Source of the DNA: Octopus sinensis
Taxonomy: Eukaryota
Reading direction: 5' to 3'
DNA length: 64,000 nucleotides
NCBI RefSeq assembly: GCF_006345805.1
Contig: NC_043005.1
Location: forward strand, 102,052,001-102,116,000
Shown: in pieces, positions 1-12,345 of the stretch
Numbering within the stretch: the first letter of the stretch is position 1
Layout: every line of letters begins with the position of its first letter
Translations under genes and position numbers: made by a program
Notes under the pieces: model-generated
The model's database searches: none
Told to the model about the DNA's origin: nothing
The model's input: only the letters and a program-made list of their open reading frames with translations

Positions 1-168
1 GAATCGATTCCAAACTTTAATCAGTTCGTGCCAGTCACAAGGTCAAAGATCCTTGAAAGTTTCATCCGAATCCATCCAGTGGTTCTTGAGATATCATGTC
101 CACGGACAAGCAAACAAACAAACACCACTGGAAACAATGCCTCTGCCTCCGCTAAGGCGGAGTTAATA
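1..168 (+). mobile_element. 3' end of a non-autonomous interspersed element, HINE/DINE (Helentron-associated)-like; truncated by the window start
   Basis: (ACAA)n tract at ~108-123 followed by a terminal hairpin CTCCGC-TAAG-GCGGAG (147-162) and TTAATAA. The classification comes from recalled architecture and was not searched. Confidence 0.4.
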
Positions 169-239
169 AAAGCGCACACGTAACCTGCATACTCCTCATG
201 CATTAATGCTTATATAGGCCCTAATGCTTATATATATGT

Positions 240-458
240 ATTTCTTTATTAACCACAAGGGGCTAGACACAGAGGGGACAAACAAGGACAGACAAAGGGA
301 ATAAGTCGATTACATCGACCCCAGTGCGTAACTGGTACCTAATTTATCGACCCCGAAAGGATGAAAGGCAAAGTCGACCTCGGCGGAATTTGAACTCAGA
401 ACGTAACGGCAGACGAAATACGGCTACACATTTCGCCCGGCGTGCTAACGTCTCTGCC
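240..458 (-). mobile_element. tRNA-derived SINE, family A (slightly 5'-truncated)
   Basis: Near-identical to about a dozen other copies in the window. A/B-box-like head (TGGCAGA.../GTTCAAATTCC); body GCCTTTCATCCTTTCGGGGTCGATAAATTAAGTACC. Confidence 0.9.
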
Positions 459-1186
459 GAGACACATACATGTATCCGTACCCAGACGCATTCCTACACT
501 CATAACACACACACACACACACGCATACACACACACAGAGAGGCACTAATGCTTATATTCGGTTATAAAACGAAATGTTCTGCTCACTCATCAACATAGA
601 AGACATTGACTATGGAGTGTTTGATAATATCCTGAATTTCTGAGACACGTGATTCACAACATACCACAAAGAGACACGAGTTAGGCAAAAGATTCTTGAT
701 AACATATTAATACCTCGTTTGTTCCTGTATTCTCTATTTCCACCACACGAGCGCACACAGAGCTGCATACGCACGCACACACACACACTACACACATATA
801 CAGGCACACAATTGTTTCGTTTGTAATATATCCCCGGAACGGTGTAATATTATTTAAGCTATAAATATTAATTCCGTGCATATAAACGTCTTGAGCCCTT
901 TTAATAATAGGTGCTAACTTGTGATTATATAACCCCTGAATCGTACGTCCATACGTACCTGCATACAAGCTTACACAGGTACATATATAGATGCATAGAT
1001 ACATACATACTGACATATGTCCGAACACATACATGCATTCATCCATATAAATAGACACACACACACACACGTATATATACAAGCATATACATGTATCCGT
1101 ACCCAGACGCATTCCTACACTAATAATATATGATTATAAATACACGCATACAAAATTTTATGCACATATACATGTATACGCATGTA

Positions 1187-1195
<9 letters not shown>

Positions 1196-1238
<43 letters not shown>

Positions 1239-1470
1239 TATATATACATGTATGCATATATATTCATATATGTGTGTATGTATATATATATATATATATA
1301 TAATATATATATATATAAACACACATTTTTATACACCTATTTATATATGTAAATATATATTATATATATATATATATGTATATATACATGCATATATATA
1401 CATATATATATATATGCAAAAATAAATCTCTGAACGAGGTATATATATATATATATATATATATATGCAT
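1196..1470. repeat. interrupted (AT)n microsatellite
   Basis: Directly visible. Confidence 0.9.
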
Positions 1471-2994
1471 ATATTTATCTACACACACTCATACTCATAC
1501 ATACACACATATATAAGGAAACAGATATATTGACAACAAAATGGTTAGTTGTGCAACTATTTTCCTTTGCACTTTAACGAAACCAAATTCATTCGCCTAT
1601 TTATGATGCATCTAATGTCTTATATCGTTCATAGAATCAGGCACTCCCATCACTCACATTCACAACATAAATATGATTCCCCAACTCTAACACCAACATC
1701 ACCACACACACATTATTATGTATACAATTTTCGCTCCGCTTTATCCACTCCTCTGCAATTCAATCTTACCATTCCCAAAACTGTTACACATTTACATTGA
1801 ATGGAGCTCTTGAATTTCTCCATCTTTCTCTCCTTATTTCAATTTGAATGATTCACCAGGTCACATGTACTCTGGTTTCTGCTTCTTGCAAGCCTTGCAG
1901 TTGCATTTACACACGCAAGCGTTACATATATCTATAGATAACCTACGTGTGCATAAGCTCTTACAAATGCACAAACATATACAATCACTAATCTCCTAGT
2001 ATATCTACATAAAAAGAAATTAATTCTAACATATTGATATTTACTGCTGCATTTTTGTAAATTAATAACAATTTATTGAAAAATATAAAATACAAAAAAA
2101 AAAGCTTTAATTCATAATTGATAAAGAAATATATTGCAACTGGCAGCAGATATTCTTTTTGGGTTTACTTTACTACAATTGTACTAGGTTGCCATTCTGT
2201 TGTAGTTTTAGTTATTTATATTTTATTTGATTTTGTATCAGGAGTGGTGAACAAAAGACTCGTTGTTTACGAGAGAAAGAGAAAGAGAAAGAGAAGAACG
2301 GAGAATAAAACCAAATCTCAGTTCTCACTACCCAAAGAAATAGCACAATAGTATATTTGTCTGGAGTTCAAATGATCTTGCCAAACGAACGCTTTTGGGC
2401 CAGCGAAAAGACAGAACTACTGTAGAGAAATGATGTAATGAATTGGAGTTTTAAGTTCGCAAAGTGATCCTTTTGTACATGGTATTAGTGTAATATATAA
2501 TGGAATTGTGTTTTGTTCGATATATAAACGTATAAGTTATATTTAGCTTTAATACTATCAAAAGCTTTCAATGATTTTGCAGTGAAACTCGAATCGTGTC
2601 GCAATTCTAGCTATAAAAAAATAAGAATGTGCATAAAACTTAATTTAGAATTCCATATTGCAAGTTTTAAAATTTCTAGTTTAACTTCTCTTAGAGCCAG
2701 TGAAATATAGCTTTCCTTTTTTTCACTGCACTGTGTATAAAACCTTACACACACACGTGGCGCGCAGACACACACAGACACAAACGCAGAGACACACAGA
2801 CACACACACACACATACACACATCTGGTCGGATTAAATCCCATAGAACAACAAACACTTAAAAGACCTGAGTGCCCCCATATATATATATATATATACAT
2901 ATTTAAAAGACTTGGCTGACCCCCTATATACATATATCATAGTCCTGGTCGTATTTCAATATAAAATAAAGATATATGTAATTGACCATTCAAT

Positions 2995-3840
2995 AAGTTT
3001 TATTCAATGAAATAATTTCCATTATTATTTATAAGCTTTGCATATCTATCGGGCAATTTAAACATTCCATCAGCATAAACTTGGACTGGTTTTGAAGAAA
3101 AAGAGTTATCTAGATGCATTTTGACTCCATCTAAATCATCAAACGTTTTTCCTTGCAATGAGTTCTGTAGAGACAAAACCAAATGGTAGTCGAATGGTAC
3201 AATGTCAGGAGAATATAGTGGATGGGGTAAGAGATTCCAACCAAGTTCATGTAACTTTGTTCGGGAAGCTAAAAAACACATGCGGTCGGGCATTGTCTTG
3301 TTGGAACACTACCCTTTTCCTTATGGCAATCTCCGGCCTCAATTCTCTGTTTTTTTTTTGTTTTTTTTTTGCTCAAATTCTCCAACTGACGGCAGAACAC
3401 ATCAGAATTCATAGTCTTTCATTCCGTTTCAAAAGCATAACACGAACGGAATAACGGTCCAAGCAATTCTTTTCTGAGAGTTTGTGAGGGACCCATATAT
3501 TATAGCGAGAAATGTATCCTAGCTACACTAGTGTTCATGAGCCGTACTTTTATAATCTTCCAGCTCCTCTGCAAATTGTGATAGCTGAGTTTTCTTCGAT
3601 TTTTGCTTTCAAAACATCTTCATCCAATTTTGAACGTCTTCCACTGCGACTATCATCTTCCAAGCTAAACTCTGCAGCTTCAAATTTTGCAAACCACCTT
3701 CGAAAAGTCAAATCACCTACAGCACCATCACCATAAACTTTGCAAATGTTTCTGCAAGTCTTTGCAGTATTTTCTCCCTTTTTAAAAAAAGCGAAGCATC
3801 ACAACGCGAATATAACATTTTTGGCTCCGTTTCAAATGTC
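2995..3840 (-). pseudogene. decayed mariner transposase
   Basis: Minus-strand translation gives an HTH region (ENTAKTCRNICKVYGDGAVGDLTFRRWFAKF), QDNARPH, and a C-terminus LGWNLLPHPLYSPDIVPFDYHL...YAKLINNNGNYFIE. Frameshifts and an internal deletion are present. Confidence 0.9.
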
Positions 3841-4864
3841 AACAAAGGGTAACTGGAATGAAAGACGAATCTATTTTTAGTCAGGAACAAAGAAGAGATA
3901 CACTACCACGTCAAGCAACGCTATACTTTGAACTGTGCTACGTTTCAGGTGTGCTCAATGAAGCGTTAAAAGATTTAGCATTAAAACGTTCAGAACAACC
4001 TGATATATATGTACGAGACATGACTGAAAAGTTGGTTAAGCTGACCATGCAGTGTAAACAAATGAATTTTACTTTTCCTCATAGTCTCACTAGCGGTCCA
4101 CTCACTTCTCCTATCGATGTTGTAGTGCTTGGATCACATTGGCGAAGAGGCTTTCATTCTGTTACACAAAAAAATTAACAGCAGGTACGACGTCGTCACC
4201 ACTGCCACACTGATTTCCCAGCCAAGTGTTTTTTTCATGTTAGGGGAACAGACGATTGTTAGATGAGGCCAAATCAGAAGAATTGTGAGAGTGATGAACG
4301 AGTTCAAAATAACGGTCTCACAGCAGTCATTAAAGCCAATAACAGTCTCACAGCAGGCATTGTATACTGGAGCAATATGACGAAAGATGACTTGTCGTAT
4401 ATCCCTGAGTCATTGGCAAGGAAAACCGGTGTGGCCCATCAAATGGAAGACGGAATGAAATTCTAATATGAAGTGATGGAAACTGGGGAAACATGTCGAA
4501 AGAAAGAACTACATGTGAAATGTACGGGCGGGGGTCTCAAGTGACTGAGAAAGGCAGAGGGTGCGAAAGAATGTTCTGGCACAGTTTTCATAGTAAGTAA
4601 GGAATTGGCGTTGAATATGATATCCTACAATATGTTCTCATCATACAACGGGCGCCAAAAGTTTATCTCTAGGTAGCAGCCAAATTAGAAAAAGAGATGG
4701 AAGGAGATAGATATCGAATATTCCAACACTGAGCGATGCAATAAAATCTACAGGTGCTCGGTCGATAAATGACGTACACTAAGGACGTCTAGATAAAAGC
4801 GCCAACCACAGCCGACAGCAATCATTACTTGCTAATAAGCAAGGCTCGTCATTCTCAATATTCA

Positions 4865-5255
4865 TTTCCTTATTGGCCACAAAGGGTTAAACTCAGAGGA
4901 GACAAACAAGGACAGACAAACGGATTAAGTCGATTAGATCGACACCATCGACCCCGAAATGATGAAAGGCAAAGTCGACCTCGGCGGAATTTGAACTCAG
5001 AACGTAGCGAAAGACGATTTACCTATTTCTTTATTACCCACAAGAGGCTAAACGTAGAGGGGACAAACAAGGACAGACAAACGGATTAAGTCGATTACAT
5101 CGACCCAGTGCGCAACTGGTACTTAATTTATCGACCCCGAAAGGATGAAAGGCAAAGTCGACCTCGGCGGAATTTGAACTCACAAAGTAACGGCAGATGA
5201 AATACCGCTAAGCATTTTGCCCGGCGTGCTAACGATTCTGCCAGCTCGCCGCCTA
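4865..5255 (-). mobile_element. SINE family A head-to-tail dimer
   Basis: One head (5255 end) and two bodies, joined at ~5015-5025 (GACGATTTACCTATTTC). Confidence 0.9.
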
Positions 5256-5349
5256 TCGTCATACGCATTATTAAAAAGAGAAAGACCACACACGTCGACG
5301 AATAGCCAGCCTGTTACGATCTTCGATGTGGTGAAATAGCAGGGTGTTA

Positions 5350-5400
5350 TCAAAAAGAGAACCTCGAAGCAGCTTGAGGAAATCCATGAAGATTAACATA
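5350..5400 (-). CDS. possible terminal exon (YVNLHGFPQAASRFSF*), unverified
   Basis: Long poly-T acceptor TTTTTTTTTTTATTTTGTAATGTTACAG ending at 5401, then an open frame to a stop. No homology recognised. Confidence 0.2.
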   Translation of the reverse strand, partial: YVNLHGFPQAASRFSF

Positions 5401-6067
5401 CTGTAACATTACAAAATAAAAAAAAAAAATTAAGAACATTTTCAAAGGTTTATATCTACATTTGTTTTGTGGTACTTGCTGAAACCCTTCCTTCTCTCAC
5501 CATCACCCTTGCATACATACATGTACACACACACAGACTGACATACACACATACACAGACAATGAAATATATGCATCACGTGTTGTCTATTAAAATGCAG
5601 AATAGTTACATGGAAAGTTAAAATTGATTCCGGGATAATTTAAACTGAACATTTAGCATCGCAAGATATATTTCTCAGCACGCACTGATTTTGCCACCTA
5701 CAACCATAGAGATTAATATAATTATCGACAAGGTATTGAATGGCGCCTATGTTCTGTCTCTCAATATGCTAGATATGGTAGCTAAATCAGTCTTATGTCA
5801 CACTCTGCTGTATTTTAACACGAAACATTGCATAAAGATAATGGTCCAGGATAAACTCTTCTGGAAAACGAAAGGTGGAAAGTCATGTCCGGAATTCACT
5901 ACAGCTAAACAAGAACCCTTTGATTAGCTAGAAGTAGCAACCAATTATACCTCTGATGTAAATCTTTTTTTAAAGTTCAACTGATCGATATATTTAAGCT
6001 CAGAAAATGAACAAATATTTGGTGGTCTTTCTTTCTACGTAAATTAAACGGACAGTATTCCTTTATT

Positions 6068-6412
6068 ATTTCATTCTCTTACTTGTTTCAGGCATTTGAC
6101 TGTGGCCATGCTGGAGCACCGCCTTTAGTTGAACAAATCGACCCCAGGACTTATTCTTTGTTAGCTTAGTACTTATTCTATCGGTCTCTTAAGACGAACT
6201 GTTAAGTTACGGGGACATAAACACAGATTCAGAAATACATACATACATAGGTACATACACATACGCACGCACATATACATCGGGCTTCTTTCAGTTTCCG
6301 TCTATCAAATCCACTCACAAGGATGTGATCGGCCCGAGGGTATAGTAGAAGATACTGACTCAGGATGCCAAGCACTGAATTAGGAACCATGCGGCTGAGA
6401 AGCAAGAATAGT
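6068..6412 (-). mobile_element. tRNA-derived SINE, family B (CORE-like segment, internal microsatellite)
   Basis: Reverse complement of the 8228-8645 copy, with the same tail AAAGGCGGTGCTCCAGCATGGCC...GAAACAAGTAAGAG. Confidence 0.85.
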
Positions 6413-6429
6413 TACGTATTCATTTACCC

Positions 6430-6635
6430 TTTTACTCTTTTATTTGTTTCAGTCATTTGACTGCGGCCATGCTGGAACAGCGCCTTTAATCGAAAAAATC
6501 AACTCCAGAACCTATTCTTTGTAAGCCTTGTACATATTCTCTCGATCTCTTTTGCGGAACCGCTAACTTAAGTGGACGTAAACACACCAGCATCGGTTGT
6601 TAAGCGATGGTGTGGGGACAAACACAGACACAAAA

Positions 6636-6666
<31 letters not shown>

Positions 6667-6680
6667 TATATATACATACA
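6430..6680 (-). mobile_element. SINE family B, 3' half
   Basis: Tail and body match the other B copies; the head is absent. Confidence 0.8.
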
Positions 6681-8227
6681 TAGGTTTGGGTACATCTGAT
6701 GTGCACGAAACAAGTAGAAAAGCGTTTGCTAGCTTAGAGGTAGGACTATAATGAATCAAAAACTCTTTGATTCCTACTCTATTAACGTTAACAAAGATTT
6801 TACTTATAAGTATTTTATCGACTTAGGAAGAATAAAACGAATAATGAGCTTCACTGAAATTTGAACTCACATCATAATGAACTGCACATAATTATCAAGA
6901 TTATTTTGTTCTCCGCTCCATTGAATCCCCAAAATCGCATCGTGATGCAATAGAAGTGTTTTACAAATGGAGTTCACGATCCGGTTTCGACTTCAGCTGA
7001 CATTACTTGATTCTTAAATGAACTTAATGTACCGTAAGATATTCATTTCACCGTCTTCATATTATAAATGGCATTTATTTCTCATTAACTTTTTCTTATT
7101 AGCATATCATATAATGTGAATGATATATTCGATTTTTTTATGGCATTATATCATTTCTTTTATCAGATACATTATATATTTATAAAAAAAATGAAGAACT
7201 AGATTGATATTTCTGTCATGTAAACCCAAGAAAATGGAGACAATGGTGAAAAGATAATAACAAATACAAAAGAGCAACGGAACAGAAAAACACAAAATAC
7301 AATTCACCATTCTATTATTTTATACATATCATTGAAGATGAGAATTCGGACAACACTACCTTTTGCTTTGATATATCTATAAATATATAAATATATAATT
7401 AACTAGTCAATACCAGACCTCTCTAGAACTTTACAGTTCCATGATTAAAAAAAAAGGCAAACAAGTATAAAAGACGAATGAAATAAAAAAATAAATAATG
7501 CAACTCCGAAATTAAAGATAACACATAATATTCCTGGAATCAAAAGCAAATGCCATTATTTCCCAAACACGAAAGAAAATTGAAGAGAAAAAGAACAAGC
7601 AAAGAAACAAAGAAAGGACCGAAGAAAGATAGAAAAGCAAAACAAAAGAAAACCAGATCATTCTTAATAAAACATGATCAAAATAGAAGGAAATATATAC
7701 ACGCAGAGGATAAGAAGGACAACAACCACAACAACAATACATTCGTAATATGCTAAGTCGAAAATTGAAGAAAGATGCAATGATATTTCATGGAAACTGT
7801 AATTTTTTGATAGGATGGCTCTAACTAACATCTTTCATATCTCATATATAACATTTCTAGTTTCCACTATCGCTGAAGATAGAGGAATAATAGAAATGGA
7901 AGAATGAAACGAGATCAAACTCCGTCATCACGGTGATAGCCGTGATTATAAAATATTGAGAATAACCGAGAACAATATATACACACTGATATATACACTC
8001 ACAGCTAGCTACACACATATGCACATACATGCACATGTTGTAGTTACATTTTGCAAGAAAAAAATGTATTGGAAGTTACGTGGTTAAGTATTTCTGAAAG
8101 ACAGGAGCCATACCGATGTAAGCCAAAAGATTAAATATTTTCACTTTGAATTTTCCTTCAACTAAAAATTGCAAGAAACAGGTATTTCAGGCAGGCATAC
8201 AATTAATAAGTTCCAAAATAATTAAGC

Positions 8228-8645
8228 GCAGGAGTGGCTGTGTGGTAACTAGCTTCCTTACGAATCACATGGTTCCGGGTTCAGGGGGCAGTGGCACCCT
8301 GGGCAAATGTCTTCTACTATAGCCTAGGGCCGACCAAAGCCTTGTGAGTGGATTTGGTAGACGGAAACTGAAAGAAGCTTGTCGTATATATGTATATGTA
8401 TGTGTATGTGTGTGTATATATTTGTGTGTCTGTGTTTGTCCCCCCCCCCAAAAAAAAACATCTCTTGACAACCAATGCTGGTGTGATTATGTCCCCGTAA
8501 CTTAGCAGTTCGGCAAAAGAGACCGATAGAATAAGTACTAGGCTTACAAAGATTAAGTCCTGGGGGTCAATTTGCTCGACTAAAGGCGGTGCTCCAGCAT
8601 GGCCACAGTCAAATGACTGAAACAAGTGAAAGAGTAAAAAGAGTA
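8228..8645 (+). mobile_element. SINE family B, full length
   Basis: tRNA-like head (GGAGTGGCTGTGTGGTAA...GGTTCCGGGTTCA), CCCTGGGCAAATGTCTTCTACTATAGCC segment, (TG/TA) microsatellite, conserved tail. Confidence 0.9.
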
Positions 8646-8871
8646 CACATATTCTGACCAAAATATTCAGAAAATGACAAAATATAAAGACAAGTAAACG
8701 GTAACAGCTGTTCGTACTATAACGATTTGTCTCTCACCAAATCAAAATAGACACTAAAAGCAAGAGAATCTGCAAAGCGTGATGTTCTCGATTATCTATT
8801 AGTATATTTCATACAGTAAAATCGAAAACCATTCTTTATATACCATATTTCACCATATATTTCACCAAAGA

Positions 8872-8980
8872 CTTTGCCTTTCATCCTTTCGGGGTCGATA
8901 AATTAAGTACCAGTTATGCACTGGGGTCGATGTAATCGACTGAATCCCTTTGTTCGTCCTTGTTTGTCATCGGGCTAATG
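8872..8980 (+). mobile_element. SINE family A, internal fragment
   Basis: CTTTGCCTTTCATCCTTTCGGGGTCGATAAATTAAGTACC... body only. Confidence 0.85.
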
Positions 8981-9012
8981 TGCAAAATCCAGTCAAAAGT
9001 TCAGAATAAAGC

Positions 9013-9243
9013 GACGAGCTGGCAGAAACGTTAGCACGCCGGGCGAAATGCTTAGCAGTATTTCGTCTGTCTTTATGTTCTGAGTTCAAATCCCGCCGAG
9101 GTCGACTTTGCCTTTTATCATTTCGGGGTCGATAAATTAAGTACCAGTTACGCAATGGGCTCCATATAATCGACTTAATCCCTTTGTTTGTCCCTGTTTG
9201 TCTCCTCTGTGTTTAGCCCTTTGTGGTCAATAAAAAAATAAGA
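9013..9243 (+). mobile_element. SINE family A, full length
   Basis: Head GACGAGCTGGCAGAAACGTTAGC through tail GTCAATAAAAAAATA. Confidence 0.9.
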
Positions 9244-9264
9244 AGTTCAGAATAAGTCACTATA

Positions 9265-9500
9265 GTGGAGGCGCAATGGCCCAGTGGTTAGGGCAGCGGA
9301 CTTGCGGTCGGAGGATCGCGGTTTCGATTCCCAGACCGGGCGTTGTGTGTGTTTATTGAGCGAAAACACCTAAAAAGCTCCACGAGGCTCCGGCAGGGGA
9401 TGGTCGTGATCCCTGCTGTACTCTTTCACCACTCTAAAAGGCGGTGCTCCAGCATGGCCGCAGTCAAATGACTGAAACAAGTACAAAAAAAAAAATAAAT
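9265..9500 (+). mobile_element. chimeric SINE: family C head and body with a family B tail
   Basis: 9265-9435 matches the reverse complement of 44920-45083. 9436-9500 matches the B tail AAAGGCGGTGCTCCAGCATGGCCGCAGTCAAATGACTGAAACAAGT. Confidence 0.85.
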
Positions 9501-9562
9501 AAATAGTTACGGAACACTGGTGATTTAATATATAAACTTTTTAATATAATTTTTCATACTTA

Positions 9563-9735
9563 ACGCGGTGAGCTAGTAGAACGGTTAGCATATCCGGTAA
9601 AATGCTTAGCGGCATTTCGTTCGTCTTTATGTTACGAGTTCAAATCCCGCCGAGGTGCATTTTGTTTATCCATTCTTTTATGGATAGATAAAATAAGTAG
9701 CAGTTAAGAACTGGGTTCGCTGTTATCGACTTATG
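9563..9735 (+). mobile_element. diverged SINE family A, 5' part
   Basis: Degenerate head and body (GAGTTCAAATCCCGCCGAGGT). Confidence 0.7.
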
Positions 9736-9977
9736 TGGGCTGTATCGGTTCTTGTTGGTTAGATCTACCTCGGATAATACATGTTTTGTAGAACATGAGT
9801 ATCTCTTGGGGCCGGGGCGTCTATCAATATGAACTTATCGACACCACTTTTCACAAATTAAGCACAGTGTGATAGTTCTACGGCATGCAAATGTAATTGT
9901 ATAATTAAGAGCAAACTTATATTTCGTTCATAAAATTACTGGGTCCAAATCCTTATATTGATATTTTCGATCTAATT

Positions 9978-10050
9978 TTGATTCTTTGTCATCAAATTTG
10001 AATTCTTTGCAATCAAACTTGAATTCTTTGCAATCAAATTTGAAATTTTC
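9978..10050. repeat. 21-bp minisatellite, ~3.5 copies
   Basis: Unit TTGAATTCTTTGCAATCAAA(C/T). Confidence 0.85.
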
Positions 10051-10607
10051 AATTGGTGCTCAAGCCTCGAAAATAAAGAGAGTTAAACTACATCAGCCGT
10101 AAGGGAATACATGTCTATCTTATCTAACTCGTCCAATAGAGCCCACCAATTGATATCTGAAAAGTTGGATGAAATAACTCATGAACATTGCGATAGCTTC
10201 TACCAAAAGATGCTCCGTTATGTCGACCGGTCTGAACAAGGGGAGATGATAGAAAAAGATTCCCGTTTTAAATATGATACCATATCTTACTCTTATATAA
10301 TAGAAAATATAAAAACCAACATTTTAAATATGAAATACGGTAGTTATTGAATTCGGAAATATTGAACTGAACTTTGAATGAAGCAAAAGTAGGTAAAATC
10401 AAAGCAGAAATATATATTAGAATTATGAATAATTGAAATAATAAAAAAGAAAAGGAAACACACATACACACACACACACACACATACGCACACACACACA
10501 CACACAGAGGCACTCACGCATCTGCGCACACATACAGTATGTGTGTGTCTTAGACATCTTTCATTCCTTTATCATCTCTTTTCTTTTACATACACACACA
10601 CACACGT

Positions 10608-10683
<76 letters not shown>

Positions 10684-10899
10684 TATACACTGACACCCAC
10701 ACATATATGCGTCTGTCTATTTATGTACATCTTCAACCCCGTAAAAGGAGTCGTATTAAATAAGCAAAGAATTCGAAATAAAGTCGAAATGTCATGGAAA
10801 GAATGTAAATCTAAATATGAAAGGAATCAAAAGGACGAAAAATTCTAATGAAATACATAACTAAAAGAGACACAAAAGAACTTTAGATAAATATTTCTA

Positions 10900-11890
10900 A
10901 AACATAAACTAATAAAATAGACGGAGTCTGTGAAGGAATTTAAGCGAAAACAATATATTGAAAGGTATTTCGCTCAAATGATTTCGGCAAAGATAATTTC
11001 AATAACCTTAACTAAGAAATATATTCATAGTGAGACGAACAAGCAATGGGTTCTCCACTCTGAGACAATATTTCAATGTTCTATATGAGTAACGTTGATT
11101 GCGTTACTGATTTCATTTGATATTAGTTACGGGAAAGCTATATGCTGCTATTGAAACCTCCAGTTTACACCAGGTACTTGTGTGGCATACCAGATGGAAG
11201 GGATGAAATTAATGATAGATTGAAAAAATAATTCCACGCTCTACCTTAACTACATAAAACTTGTAAGCAATTCAACAAGCCCATTTTTATATAGAAAAGT
11301 ACAAATACGAAACAATTAATATATTATTTCTGTGTATACAGAAATAGTAATAACTACTTTTATAGCCATGGACACAGAGAATATTCGCAGAGACATAAAG
11401 CAGCAATAACAAAATCCTTCTAAAGAAGAGTCTTTAGATTGTCTGCCAGCAAAGCAGCAGCGCATAAAGAAATTAATAGAATAAAACAAACTGTAGAAAA
11501 TAAAAGTAACTTAAGTAAATTAGAAAGCAAAATTACACAATAAAGAATCTAAGTTAACACAATAAATATTGCAGACAAAGCACTCACTAAAAAGCGGGGG
11601 GAAATAAAATGCTAAATTATATTATATAAACAAATGCAACCAGACTATACAATACTCGAATACGTTATCAAAAGATTTATTAAACAGAACACAACACACA
11701 GGGAACCAAATATTTTCATTGATATTATATTTCAAGAATACGAAAATTAATAATGTCTGCATCAAGAACCAGCCGCAATTCCTAGGCGGGGAATAAAGCC
11801 CATATGATCAGGTAGTTTATAAATTTAAACGTAACGTTAGATAATCTAAGACCGAAACAAATTGTACTTATGAAATCACAGACGGGATGT
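10900..11890 (+). mobile_element. highly decayed Penelope-like element (RT and start of GIY-YIG)
   Basis: Fragments translate to EQAMGSPL (RT) at ~11040 and LILYFKNTKINNVCIKN...QVVYKFKRN (start of the endonuclease) at ~11715-11835. Many stops. Confidence 0.65.
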
Positions 11891-11959
11891 TTCCTGTCTG
11901 AAATCATTTTGATTCTAAATTTGATTAATTGGACATGACTTGAGGTTAAACATCTCGTT

Positions 11960-11961
11960 CA

Positions 11962-11993
<32 letters not shown>

Positions 11994-12120
11994 CACACAT
12001 ACATACATACATACATATACACACATACATACATACATACATACATACATACATACATACATACGCACACATGTACGTACCTGCATAAACACAAACATAC
12101 ATATATTCATACATACATAA
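11960..12120. repeat. (ATAC)n microsatellite
   Basis: Directly visible; continues at 12495-12620. Confidence 0.9.
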
Positions 12121-12345
12121 TACCTATTTCTTTATTACCCACAAGGGGCTAAACATAGAGGGGACAAACAAGGACAGACATAGGTATTAAGTCGATTACA
12201 TCGACCCCAGTGCGTGACTGGTACTTAATTTATCGACCCCGAAAGGATGAAAGGCAAAGTCGACCTCGGCGGAATTCGAACTCACAACGTAACGCAGACG
12301 AAATACCGCTAAGCATTTCGCCCGGCGTGCTAACGTTTCTGCCAC
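12121..12345 (-). mobile_element. SINE family A
   Basis: Matches the family consensus; ends in GAAATAGGTA. Confidence 0.9.

Noticed and set aside
324-599. Recurrent ORF MRNWYLIYRPRKDERQSRPRRNLNSE (also at 8967, 12210, 31853, 39045, 40219)
   Set aside because: Antisense reading of SINE family A, not a gene family.
9265-9345. tRNA gene
   Set aside because: A and B boxes are present, but it continues into a SINE body, lacks a paired acceptor stem, and recurs as a SINE head.
11790-11865. Hammerhead-like GACC-GAAAC-AAATT-GTA
   Set aside because: The would-be core and stem II overlap PLE coding sequence (QVVYKFK), and stem I does not abut the core.
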